A DNA stretch of 63,480 nucleotides, counting the filler, from Octopus bimaculoides (Eukaryota), in assembly GCF_001194135.2 (NCBI RefSeq). It is 5 parts of 5 records of this genome, joined end to end, with 100 filler letters (N's around TTAATTAATTAA, not from the genome) between each part and the next. Parts side by side here need not be neighbours in the genome. Positions count along the whole stretch, not along the records: positions 44,617 to 58,178 come from NC_068985.1; positions 58,279 to 63,480 come from NC_068983.1; 3 more parts are not named here. One strand, written 5' to 3'. The notes below the pieces were generated by a model. It was not told the DNA's origin. It searched no databases and saw only the letters and a list, made by a program, of their open reading frames with translations. Both the position numbers and the translations under genes were made by a program. Position 1 is the stretch's first letter. Each line of letters begins with the position of its first letter. This document shows, piece after piece, positions 48,081 through 60,071 of this stretch.

Positions 48081-48720
48081 AGGAGGCGCAATGGCCCAGT
48101 GGTTAGGGCGGCGGACTCGCGGTTTCGATTCCCAGACCGGGCGTTGTAAGTGTTTATTGAGCGAAAACACCTAAAGTTCCACGAGGCTCCGGCAGGGGAT
48201 GGTGGCGAACCCTGTTGTACTCTTCCACCACAACTTTCTCTCACTCTTACTTCTTGTTGTGCCTGTAATTCAAACGGTCAGCCTTGTCACACTGTGTCAC
48301 GCTGAATATCTCCGAGAACTACGTTAAGGGTACACGTGTCTGTGGAGTGCTCAGCCACTTGTATGTTGATTTCATGAGCAGGCTGTTCCGTTGATCGGAT
48401 CAACTGGAACCCTCGACGTCGTAACCGACGGAGTACCAACAACAACAAANNNNNNNNNNNNNNNNNNNNNNNNNNNNNNNNNNNNNNNNNNNNNNNNNNN
48501 NNNNNNNNNNNNNNNTCTTACTTCTTGTTGTGCCTGTAATTCAAACGGTCAGCCTTGTCACACTGTGTCACGCTGAATATCTCCGAGAACTACGTTAAGG
48601 GTACACGTGTCTGTGGAGTGCTCAGCCACTTGCATGTTGATTTCATGAGCAGGCTGTTCCGTTGATCGGATCAACTGGAACCCTCGACGTCGTAACCGAC
48701 GGAGTACCAACAACAACAAA
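48081..48720 (+). mobile_element. Family-2 SINE split by a gap (3' part assembled twice)
   Basis: TSD-like ATATTAACTGA at about 48071-48081 and 48720-48730, and an (AAC)n tail. Confidence 0.8.
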
Positions 48721-48972
48721 TATTAACTGAGAACTTTCAAACAACTTACAAAAACAATTAAAAGGGAAGATAAAGCTATAATTAGAGACTGCGGATGTTG
48801 TGGATATAACAAAACTGAGCTATGGGATGATGTAAAGCCCTCATCTTAACCAGATTGCAGCCGTGACATTACAAGTTTTCCACAAGCAATCAACATCAAA
48901 TTCAGAAAGATATTGACTTGGGCAAATGTTATAGGATTTGAAGTAGTAATAGAGAATGATATTAAGTTGCTA

Positions 48973-49249
48973 GTTGTTGTCGTTGGTACTCCGTCGGTTA
49001 CGACGACGAAGGTTCCAGTTGATCCGATCAACGGAACAGCCTGCTCGTGAAATTAACCTACAAGTGGCTGAGCACTCCACAGACACGTGTACCCTTAACG
49101 TAGTTCTCGGGGGAAATTCAGCATGACACAGAGTGCTTCAAAGCTGACCCTTTGAAACACAGGCACAACAGAAACAGGAAGAAAGAGTGAGAGAAAGTTG
49201 TGGCCACCATCCCTTGCCGGAGCCTCGTGGAGCTTTAGGTGTTTTCGCT
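48973..49249 (-). mobile_element. Family-2 SINE truncated by an LTR insertion
   Basis: The SINE sequence stops at GTGTTTTCGCT, where TGTAGTAACGCC begins. Confidence 0.8.
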
Positions 49250-49403
49250 TGTAGTAACGCCTTGTCTCGTGCGCATGCGTAGTCATCAATATCCAAGTTT
49301 GGCGCCCTGATTCTTACTCTTTCTCGGCCGGCCGGCCATGAGCATGGACGTGTCAAGCTGTCTCTCCATCATTTCAACTCTGGGGACAGCTCACATCAAC
49401 ATT
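49250..49403 (+). mobile_element. Gypsy LTR 5' portion (same family as 61631-62034), cut by a gap
   Basis: Starts TGTAGTAACGCC and shares GGCCGGCCGGCCATGAGC and ACTCTGGGGACAGCTCACATCAACATT with the LTRs at 58-63 kb. Confidence 0.85.
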
Positions 49404-51345
49404 NNNNNNNNNNNNNNNNNNNNNNNNNNNNNNNNNNNNNNNNNNNNNNNNNNNNNNNNNNNNNNNNNNNNNNNNNNNNNNNNNNNNNNNNNNNNNNNNN
49501 NNNNNNNNNNNNNNNNNNNNNNNNNNNNNNNNNNNNNNNNNNNNNNNNNNNNNNNNNNNNNNNNNNNNNNNNNNNNNNNNNNNNNNNNNNNNNNNNNNNN
49601 NNNNNNNNNNNNNNNNNNNNNNNNNNNNNNNNNNNNNNNNNNNNNNNNNNNNNNNNNNNNNNNNNNNNNNNNNNNNNNNNNNNNNNNNNNNNNNNNNNNN
49701 NNNNNNNNNNNNNNNNNNNNNNNNNNNNNNNNNNNNNNNNNNNNNNNNNNNNNNNNNNNNNNNNNNNNNNNNNNNNNNNNNNNNNNNNNNNNNNNNNNNN
49801 NNNNNNNNNNNNNNNNNNNNNNNNNNNNNNNNNNNNNNNNNNNNNNNNNNNNNNNNNNNNNNNNNNNNNNNNNNNNNNNNNNNNNNNNNNNNCTTCATAT
49901 TTTGGATCTTTCTCAATTGACGGGCACCACTTTTCATTTATGATTTATGTAGTGTTTTTGGTACCGAAACACTTTCAAACTTCGTATACTTGTATATTTT
50001 GTGTTATAGAACAGATAAAAAATTTTGTATTCGAAGTTATTTCATGTAAAAAAATTGTCGTATTTCGGTAATTTCAACCAATCACTGACGTCTATTGAGG
50101 TGAAAACAATTACTGCCGTGGAGTAAATTGTACTGCGTGTGTTTAGAAATTAATTTTAGAAATTATTTTTATACATAAAAATGCCCGTGTTACTTTCTCT
50201 TGTTTTTTTTTTTTTTCGAAAAAAAAAAATCGCCGGAACGCATTAACATTTTAAAATATGAAAATCAATGAGGAAAATAATTTTGCCTCACGATAAAATT
50301 TTCAGGAATGCGTTGCTTCCATAATGCGGGTAATTCCTGTGTAACCAAGTGGCTCTAGTTACAGACATGGCTGTGTGGTTCAGAAGTTCACTTCGCAACC
50401 GCATTAGCTTCTGGTTTAGTCCCACTGCGTGTCATTTTGGATTCCGGTCAACTAATGCCTACTGAGAGAAATTAGTAGTTAGAAACTGCAAGGAAGCCTG
50501 TCGTGCACACACACAGGATTTCCTTCTTAAATTCGATATAATCTACTTGCATCTTATCGGTGTCAGTGGCAATCACGATGAGGTTGTCGTCTGCCTTGAG
50601 TACACTGTCGGCAGCTTTTAATTTCCTCAGCTCAACTTCGATTTCACTATTAACTTTAATTTCATTATTGTCAATTTAAATTTAGTAATTTTCACCAGTT
50701 TTGTTCATCACCCTTCATGGTCAACCAAAGGAACAGAATTTCGAATGAAATTAGAAGTGTAACTGCGTCTAATTGTAATGAAATTGCTTTCATTATATGT
50801 AGATATTCAACGAACGAGTATTGAAACTCTTATTCAAATATACAAACTGAAAGGTCGTGTCGAACAAAACAATCGAGGAAGTTTTTGAAACACTAATATT
50901 TCGGATGAAATGAAAAACTTTATATACACCTCATTGACGCAAAATACCACATATCTTTAAAACTGCTTATCCGACATGGACTTTGAGCATTTTAACCTTT
51001 TTTTTTATCAATCATTTGCCATGCTGGACCACTGAATTCAATACGCTTTTTTTTCATTCTCTCTCTGTATTTCCTCTTATTTGTTTCTGTCGAAAAGTGT
51101 AGGTTCGAAACGTAAAAGACTTTCTATTTTTCCTGAGCGTCAAATTAATACACTTGTTTGCTGTTCCTCCAACTGTCTTCGTCTTTGTTTTTCTATAAAT
51201 TTGAACTATATATACATATGTACATTATTATTAATTTAATGTATTAATTGCCTATAAATTTTTATAGCATGCTGACTACTTAATAAAAATCGTTAACGTG
51301 ATTTTTATCCTTGTATTCTTTTATGAATATATATATATATATATA

Positions 51346-51471
51346 CTTTATTTAAAAGCAGCAGAAATATAACAAAAAAAACCGTTACTCTGAGTTTCAC
51401 GTTCCCGTTCATCGGACGTGAAACTCAGAGTAACGGTTTTTTTGTTATATTTCTGCTGCTTTTAAATAAAG
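51346..51471. repeat. Near-perfect 56/57-bp fold-back palindrome centred on a hammerhead-like core
   Basis: 51346-51402 pairs with 51416-51471, differing only by an A8/T7 run. The spacer is 13 nt. Confidence 0.95.
51381..51418 (-). ncRNA. Hammerhead-like motif, U4C variant
   Basis: Minus strand: CGT | CCGATGA | ACG-GGAA-CGT | GAA | ACTC-A-GAGT | A | ACG. Helix I has only 3 bp in this rearranged copy. Confidence 0.5.
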
Positions 51472-54400
51472 CATATTACTCTACCTCTGGTATTTGAGTA
51501 CTCTTTTTTCCACCTTGTTGCACATTTCATGNNNNNNNNNNNNNNNNNNNNNNNNNNNNNNNNNNNNNNNNNNNNNNNNNNNNNNNNNNNNNNNNNNNNN
51601 NNNNNNNNNNNNNNNNNNNNNNNNNNNNNNNNNNNNNNNNNNNNNNNNNNNNNNNNNNNNNNNNNNNNNNNNNNNNNNNNNNNNNNNNNNNNNNNNNNNN
51701 NNNNNNNNNNNNNNNNNNNNNNNNNNNNNNNNNNNNNNNNNNNNNNNNNNNNNNNNNNNNNNNNNNNNNNNNNNNNNNNNNNNNNNNNNNNNNNNNNNNN
51801 NNNNNNNNNNNNNNNNNNNNNNNNNNNNNNNNNNNNNNNNNNNNNNNNNNNNNNNNNNNNNNNNNNNNNNNNNNNNNNNNNNNNNNNNNNNNNNNNNNNN
51901 NNNNNNNNNNNNNNNNNNNNNNNNNNNNNNNNNNNNNNNNNNNNNNNNNNNNNNNNNNNNNNNNNNNNNNNNNNNNNNNNNNNNNNNNNNNNNNNNNNNN
52001 NNNNNNNNNNNNNNNNNNNNNNNNNNNNNNNNNNNNNNNNNNNNNNNNNNNNNNNNNNNNNNNNNNNNNNNNNNNNNNNNNNNNNNNNNNNNNNNNNNNN
52101 NNNNNNNNNNNNNNNNNNNNNNNNNNNNNNNNNNNNNNNNNNNNNNNNNNNNNNNNNNNNNNNNNNNNNNNNNNNNNNNNNNNNNNNNNNNNNNNNNNNN
52201 NNNNNNNNNNNNNNNNNNNNNNNNNNNNNNNNNNNNNNNNNNNNNNNNNNNNNNNNNNNNNNNNNNNNNNNNNNNNNNNNNNNNNNNNNNNNNNNNNNNN
52301 NNNNNNNNNNNNNNNNNNNNNNNNNNNNNNNNNNNNNNNNNNNNNNNNNNNNNNNNNNNNNNNNNNNNNNNNNNNNNGACACGTAAAAGCACCCACTACA
52401 CTCTCTGAGTGGTTGGCGTTAGGAAGGGCATCCAGCTGTAGAAACTCTGCCAAATTAGACTGGAGCCTGGTGTTGCCATCCGGTTTCACCAGTCCTCAGT
52501 CAAATCGTCCAACCCATGCTAGCATGGAAAGCGGACGTTAAACGATGATGATGATGATATATATATGGGGCGATTGAGATCGAAACTGAACCAAATTCGA
52601 TGACTGGTACCTGTGCCAGTGGAGTGCTAACAGCACCATCCGAGCAGGATCACTGCCAGAGCAGTGGTCTCGCTTTCGTGCTGGTGGCATGTAAAAAGCA
52701 CCATTTGAGCGTAATCGTTTCCAGCTTCACCTTACTGGCACTTGTGCTGGTGGCATGTGAACAAAATATTGGACTGACTCCTGTGCAGGTGGCACATAAA
52801 AAACACCATTTGAGCGTGGCCGTTGCCAGTACTGCTGGACTGGCCCTCGTGCCGGTGGCATGTAAAAAGCACCCACTCCACTCTTGGAGTGGTTGCAGTT
52901 AGGAAGGGCATCCAGCTGTAGAAACTCTGCCAGATCAGATTGGAGTCTGGTGTAGCCATCTGGTTCGCCAGTCCCAGTCAAATCGTTCAACCAATGCCAG
53001 CTTGGAAAGCGGACGTTAAATGATGATGATGATATATATATATATATATGTGTGTGCGTGTGTATGAGAACAAGCACAAATGTTGCCATTCAAAGGCTTT
53101 GCATGTCACCATCTGAGCATAATGGTGATATGAAAATGCTAAAATGTCAACTAGTCCCTCTGCATTTCAGTGGACTACAAAATCTCTTATTTGAAAAACA
53201 GGAAATGTTTGGCAACAGGTAGGGTATCCAAACATGAAACACTGCCTTAGATAAGTCACCATCCAACTCATTCCATCAAGGCAAAACAGACATTAAATTA
53301 GCACATAGAAATTTTAATTTTTTTTGTTTTTGTCAATTGGTGTGGAAGGAGATTATAGGTACCATAAACCCTCTGAATCAAGCTCAAAAAAACAAAAACA
53401 AAAAAAAAAACACATCGAACTCCCTGATATCTGAAAAGACATGTTGGTCATTGTTGGAATGTTTTAAATTCCAAAATCATACGAAAGAATATATTATCAA
53501 AAAACATGTATTTTATCAAACAGTAAATAAAATAAAACAAGTTTTAATTGTAAAAAAAATATATTTAATATCATTTGAAGTTAACAATTTTGGGTCCAGA
53601 AGGTTTTACAGTTTTCTTATGTGTCACTGGTTCGGCATCAACACTAGCAAAAGGGTCAATTCGTTCAATTGTTAGATCAGCAGCAACTACAAGGAACAGA
53701 GCATACCAAATCATAAAGCAAGAGGCTATATGATAGATTATAAAGAGAATGAAAATTTTCAAGAAATCCCCAAAACATAGAGGTGTGTGTGTTACCTTCA
53801 ACATAATACCTGCAAAAGATTACTTGTAAATTATAGTATTCTCATATCCAGGTGTTTGAGAAATACTCTATTAACTCGTGTATAAGCCCCACCCACCACT
53901 TTAATGTCAAATTTTAATACTAAATGTTTCCCTGCTAACAGCACCATCCGAGCGGGATCACTGCCAGAGCAGCAGTCTCACTCCCGTGCTGGTGGCATGT
54001 AAAAAGCACCATTTGAGCGTGATCGTTTCCAGCTTCGCCTTACTGGCACTTGTGCCGGTGGCATGTGAACAAAACATTGGCTGACTCCTGTGCAGGTGGC
54101 ACATAAAAAAACACCATTTGAGCGTGGCCGTTGCCAGTACCGCCGGATTGGCCCTTGTGCCGGTGGCACGTAAAAGGCATCCACTGCACTCTCGGAGTGG
54201 TTGGCATTAGGAAGGNNNNNNNNNNTGTAGCCATCTGGTTTGCCAGTCCCCAGTCAAATCATCCAACCCATGCTAGCATGGAAAGCGGTGCCAGTCATCG
54301 AATTTGGTTCAGTTTCGATCTCACTTGCCCCAACAGGTCTTCGCAAGCTGAGTTTAGTGTCCAATGAAGGGAGGTTGGCACGGGTGCCAGTCAATGAATT

Positions 54401-54538
54401 CAGTTCAATTTTCGATTTCACTTGCCTCAATAGGTCTTCGCAAGCAGGGTTTTGTGTCCAAAGAAGGAAAGGTACGCATAAGTGGGTTGGCTACACCCCT
54501 GGTAACCTATACCTACTTAAGGATTAGTTATACTTTAA

Positions 54539-54743
54539 CCCTTTCGGAAACTGCCTCTGGCTCTGTAGTACAACTGTCTTGTTTTCATAATTTATGAATT
54601 AAAATCACCCACCAAACCTTAGTCACAATTTGTTCCTAACACCATATTAATGATAACTAAGTTATTTTACTAAACTCTTTGTTATATTTAAAGTAATTGA
54701 AAGAAACACAGAGCATCTCAACAGAAATACAGTAACGAAAGGG
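54539..54743. mobile_element. piggyBac-type MITE (205 bp)
   Basis: TTAA|CCCTTTCG ... CGAAAGGG|TTAA. Confidence 0.85.
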
Positions 54744-56662
54744 TTAAAGGAGTGGGAGCTTCTCTCCAAAGTAATTCTCTTGGAGATGGTGGATTTCCTG
54801 CATGTGTAGAGTTTAGCAATGGAAGAGACAATAATTAGAACTGAATTCTGGATGTAATAACAGCAACATGCACTGAGATGACTCGTGATTTTGATCAGCT
54901 TGAATGCTGAACCTAACTGATCTGGTGCACATCCATGGCAGCCAAGGGTAACATGTATGATACATTTGTATGATGGTGATGTCTGTTGCAGGTGGTACAT
55001 AAAAAGCACCCAGCATGTTCTGTGAAGTGGATGGCATTAGGAAAGGCATCCAGCTGTAGAAACCATGCCACAGCAGACAGTTGGGGTTTGAGCTAGCTCC
55101 ATGCTAACATGGAAAGTGGACGTTAAATGATGATGAGGGTGAATATCAACACAAGGAAAACCACACACACACAAAAGGTTTCTTTAGGGTTTTTTTCAAC
55201 TTGCAGTTTTACCAAGAAAACATGTCTGGGCTCCTTGACATGTTGCATGATCTTTGCAAATAAAAAGTGCATTCAAATAGTATCCTTTATTGCCAGTTCT
55301 TCATATAACCATATCCAGGCTGTTTGTTGTTTGACAGACAGGGAAGGTATTCCCTTGCTTGGAAACAAGTGAGGATTGGTATCAGGAGGGCCATTTGGCC
55401 ATAGAAAATTCTGACCCATGCAAGCATGGAGACACAGACATTGAAATGATGATGAGGATCATCATCATCATCATTTAACGTCCGCTTTTCATGTTAGCAT
55501 GGGTTGGACGATTTGACTGGAGACTAGCGAAGCAGATGGCTACACCAGGCTCCAATCTGATTTGGCAGAGTTTCTACAGCTGGATGCCCTTCCTAACGCC
55601 AACCACTCCAAGAGTGTAGTGGGTGCTTTTACATGCTACCGGCACGAGGACCAGTCATGTGGTACTGGCAACGGCCATGCTCAAAATGGTGTATTTTACG
55701 TGCCACCTGCACAGGAGCCAGTCCAGCGGCACTGGCAATGACCTCGCTCGAATGATTTTCTAACGTGTCACCGGCACAAGTGCCAGTAAGGGGACGCTGG
55801 TAACGATCACGCTAACACCAAAGACAATAAGGAAAGTTAGAGAAAGTGTAGATGTCTATGAAGGTGAGCAGTCGATGGTACAGTGAAGTGGGAGGCATGG
55901 AGAAGGCTCACTCTCTTGGAAGAGCCAACACTACAGCGGAAGTGTTAATACAAAATTTTATTTACCTTGTTGTTGCTGTAAATCAGGACAATCTTTTCTG
56001 TAATGTTCCACAGAACCACATTCTCTACAGCAACCACCTGAAGAAATCGAACAAAGATAAACTGTACACTTTCAGCATAACTAGGAGACCAAGTTTTTAA
56101 AGCACAAACGTGGTGACTGTGAAGAGGTTGGTGCAATCTTTTGACTTGCCAGTTACTGCTGAACTGTCCAACCGATGCCAGTATGGGAAATGGGCGTTAA
56201 CTGATAGTGGTGATGATGATGATGAACCTAAGTAGATATACGTATATAATTGTAAATACTAACCATTTGGATACAGGCCACGGGGGTTATCAGGACACTG
56301 TTTAGAAAGATGTCCAGTTTCTTTGCAAATAAAACATTTAGCATAAGCCAGCCTGTCCCCTAAAAATAAGAATAAAAAAAGAATAAAATGAATGTTACAA
56401 AACAAAGGTTGGTTAAAAAAAAAAACATAAATTCAATTCTTTTTATGTAATTAGAGAACACAAAATTAAGAAAAGTGGTCCTTGAATGCTAATTTATTTA
56501 ATGGACCTCAGATAGATTAAAAGGTGGGGTTGATGACCAAACAACATAACTACATACTACAAAGAATTCGGTCCAGCGTTCTGGTTATTTTATTACCCAC
56601 GACCCTGGGAGATAATTTAGGAAATCATTGGAAGAAACTTGGAATCATTGCCAGCAGGATTC

Positions 56663-56737
56663 AAATCCAGAATATCAAGGGACATAATATCAAGGGACAG
56701 ACATAATATCAAGGGACAGAATATCAAGGGACATAAT
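56663..56737 (+). repeat. Four copies of ~15-bp AATATCAAGGGACA(T/G) (likely subterminal repeats of a DNA transposon)
   Basis: Read directly from the sequence. The transposon interpretation is an inference. Confidence 0.7.
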
Positions 56738-56781
56738 TCTACAAAGAAACACCAATACTATTGTATGAGATGTTACACACA

Positions 56782-56976
56782 TGCTCTAGAATTGGTGTTT
56801 ATTCTGTTATGGGGGCTGGTTGGTTTTCTAATTCTAAATATGCTTTATTGGGATCTGTTCGTGCAGTTGCTCAAGGTATTTCTTATGAAGTAAGAATGTC
56901 TTTAATTTTAATGAGTTGTTTGTTGTTAGAGGGGAGGATTAATTTGGTAAATTTATTGAAATATCAATACCAGTGA
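56782..56976 (+). pseudogene. ND1: NUMT: mitochondrial NADH dehydrogenase subunit 1 fragment
   Basis: Under the invertebrate mitochondrial code: [43 protein letters not shown], the hallmark ND1 [18 protein letters not shown] motif, with mitochondrial T-rich codon usage. Confidence 0.95.
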
Positions 56977-58279
56977 ATTGGTGATAATAAAAGCATTGAT
57001 TTTTAATATAGACCCAAGGCCACACACATTTTTTGATTATAGGTTTGTAATTGATAAAACTGACCTCAAAACTTAGTTTTAGCGACCCTAAATGGATGAA
57101 AAAAAAATTGACTCTGGATGAATTTTGAACTCAATACTTAGATGAAAGCAAATAACTTGACCCTTCAGTTATCATATTACGCTGTACAATGTAATGCTCA
57201 TTTATTCACACCTCTTTAAATTATCCTGGATTATCTTATAGCTTTGAGATTCCGATGATGTGACTCTTTATTTTTAGAATGACAGTAGAGTAATAGTGAG
57301 AGGCCAAATCTGGCCAGCTTGAACATAAAAAAGGTAGGGTGTTATGGCCAGACATGGCCAGTTTAAATTCTTAAGTGTTAAATATTATTTTCTGGAAGTC
57401 TATCATTCCTACTTTTCACCAAGTTTAACATACATAACACGAAGAAACACATAAATACACACACATACACACAATGGGCTTCTTTCAGTTTCCATTTACC
57501 AAATCCACTCACACGGTTTTGGTTGGTCTGAAGACATACTTGAAGACACTTGTTTTACGTCCTATGCAGTGGGACTGAATCAAAGACCACATGGTTGAGA
57601 AATAAGCTTCTCAATCGCACAGCCATGCCTGCAGCTATAAATTCACATATTGAAATCAAACCAAATTCAACGACTCCCATGCCAACCTTCCTTCATTGGA
57701 CACTAAACTCTGCTTGCAAAGACCTGTTGGGGCAAGTGAAATCGAAATCGTAATTGAACCAAATTCAATGACTGGCACTTGTGCCAGTGGAGCACTAAGA
57801 GCACTGTCCAAGCGTCATCACTGCCAGAGCAGCTGTCTGGCTTCCGTGCCAGTGGCATGTCAATAACACCATTTGAGCGTGATCGTTACCAGCATCACCT
57901 TACTGGCACTTGTGCTGGTGGCACGTGAAAAAACATTCGAGCAAGGTTGTTGCTAGTGCCACTGGACTGGCTCCTGTGCAGGTGGCACATAAAAAACACC
58001 ATTTTGAGCATGGCTGTTGCCAGTACCGCTTGACTGGCCCTCGTACCAGTGGCACGTAAAAGCACCCACTACACTCTCGGAGTGGTTGGCGTTTGGAAGG
58101 GCATCCAGCTGTAGAAACTCTGCCAGATCACATTGGAGCCTGGTGTAGCCATCTGGTTTGCCAGTCCTCAGTCAAATCNNNNNNNNNNNNNNNNNNNNNN
58201 NNNNNNNNNNNNNNNNNNNNNNTTAATTAATTAANNNNNNNNNNNNNNNNNNNNNNNNNNNNNNNNNNNNNNNNNNNNA

Positions 58280-59113
58280 ATGTTGGAGACACTGCTTGAC
58301 ACGTCCATGCTCATGGTCGGCCGACCGAGAAAGAGAAAGATTAAAGCGGGAACGCTTGGCTGTTTAATTCCACGCATGCGTGAGACCACGCATGCGCACG
58401 GCGTTACTACAAGCCTTTTTTTTTACAAAAGGAATGCTGAAAAATGCAATAATATGCAATGCAGTCAAATATAAATTGTCTTGGAGAGTTTCTTCGGCCA
58501 GTGCACTGTACGGCCAGACCTAGTGACATAGGGTTCACTTGTGGTAGTTCTCAACGATGAAGGTGGAGTTTTCACAGGTGTATGTGTTGGTGATGGTAAA
58601 GGTGTATGTGATGGTGTTGGCAAAGGTGTATGCAAAGGTTGAAAAGGGGGTATGTCAGTATTGTCAACGGAAGATATAGTTTTATCAAAATACGCTTTCT
58701 TCAGACGGTCGACAGACACGGTCTCCGTACGACCATTAGCGTATATTTAAAAAAATTTGGGTGTGCGAGAGAGCACACGAAAGGGTCCTTTATAAGGTGA
58801 AATCTCGTAATCGAGTGACATAGGACGCTGGATTTGGAGGTTGTAATTTGTCTGGTACCAACATCGTATCAGGCAATGCCAGTGTGGTACCATACAATAA
58901 TTCTGCTGCAGAAAAACCAAGGTCTGCTTTAACTACAGTCCTGCATCCAAGTAGGAGAACAGGAAGAAATACAGTCCATGACTGCGGATTGGGCGAGGCG
59001 CGCAATGCGGCCTTTAGTTGCCTATGAAAACACTCCACCATCCCATTTGAAGCGGGATGGTAGCTGGTGGTGCGTATACGATGCTTTCGATGAAGGGAGT
59101 GGAAGATAGGCAA
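58280..59113 (-). mobile_element. Gypsy integrase C-terminal fragment plus the start of the 3' LTR
   Basis: RTTSYHPASNGMVECFHRQLKAAL...AELLYG, YKGPFRVL, SVDRLKKAY and PYVTRSGR. The LTR starts TGTAGTAACGCC at 58411 on the minus strand. Confidence 0.9.
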
Positions 59114-60071
59114 ATTTACAATTGTTGAATTTTGGCGAAGTTAAATCTAACGTCNNNNNNNNNNNNNNNNNNNNNNNNNNNNNNNNNNNNNNNNNNNNNN
59201 NNNNNNNNNNNNNNNNNNNNNNNNNNNNNNNNNNNNNNNNNNNNNNNNNNNNNNNNNNNNNNNNNNNNNNNNNNNNNNNNNNNNNNNNNNNNNNNNNNNN
59301 NNNNNNNNNNNNNNNNNNNNNNNNNNNNNNNNNNNNNNNNNNNNNNNNNNNNNNNNNNNNNNNNNNNNNNNNNNNNNNNNNNNNNNNNNNNNNNNNNNNN
59401 NNNNNNNNNNNNNNNNNNNNNNNNNNNNNNNNNNNNNNNNNNNNNNNNNNNNNNNNNNNNNNNNNNNNNNNNNNNNNNNNNNNNNNNNNNNNNNNNNNNN
59501 NNNNNNNNNNNNNNNNNNNNNNNNNNNNNNNNNNNNNNNNNNNNNNNNNNNNNNNNNNNNNNNNNNNNNNNNNNNNNNNNNNNNNNNNNNNNNNNNNNNN
59601 NNNNNNNNNNNNNNNNNNNNNNNNNNNNNNNNNNNNNNNNNNNNNNNNNNNNNNNNNNNNNNNNNNNNNNNNNNNNNNNNNNNNTTGTGCGAGTGTGTGT
59701 GTTGCGTGTAGGAAAAAATTTTTTACCGACCTTCTCGTATATATATATATATATATTTTTCCAAGAGAGATATAAGCAGGACAGGACAGAGAAATTAAAT
59801 GCGTGTGTGTTCGTCATATACAGTTGTCCTGTTAGTAACACAAGTTACACTCTGTTGAGGTTATGTAGTCCAATTGAATTAACACCATGCGGATTCGTAG
59901 CAAATGCTTGTTGTTGTTTCATTCTTTCTTCGTCTCTTTACGCGAGTGACAGAAAATGGAGATTTTTTTTTTCTTTGAAAGGCAGGCGTTGTCATCGCGA
60001 CAAAATTTTTTTTTGTTTCGTCATCTCTTCATTTTTGACGAGTTGTATGAGAGATAATTCCGTGTTCGTAC

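Larger units (their letters stand above)
52378..58178. mobile_element. Cluster of family-4 (RTE-tail) repeats: about 52378-52560(+), 52570-53035(+), 53935-54290(+), 54287-54500(-), 54950-55135(+), 55460-55815(-), 57650-58178(+)
   Basis: Shared TTAGGAAGGGCATCCAGCTGTAGAAAC core, GTGCCGGTGGCAC modules and a CCATGCTAGCATGGAAAGCGGACGTTAAA(TGA)n end. Confidence 0.85.

Noticed and set aside
31543-48130. tRNA genes
   Set aside because: The A/B-box segments do not close an acceptor stem and run into repeated SINE bodies.
48517-48720. Second copy of a SINE 3' half
   Set aside because: It is near-identical to 48249-48449 across a short gap and one TSD pair encloses both, so it is probably an unmerged overlap or haplotype.
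49950-50340. Possible non-autonomous Helitron
   Set aside because: The 5' end is hidden by a gap and there is no clear terminal hairpin plus CTRR, so it is left uncalled.
22280-58234. TTAATTAATTAA islands inside N runs (about 22280, 31954, 44561, 58223)
   Set aside because: An identical 12-mer padded by Ns on both sides is a scaffolding linker, not biology.
20271-59841. Long ORFs made of X (20271-21116, 26620-27462 in part, 37647, 49338, 51462-52489, 59116)
   Set aside because: These are translations of assembly gaps.
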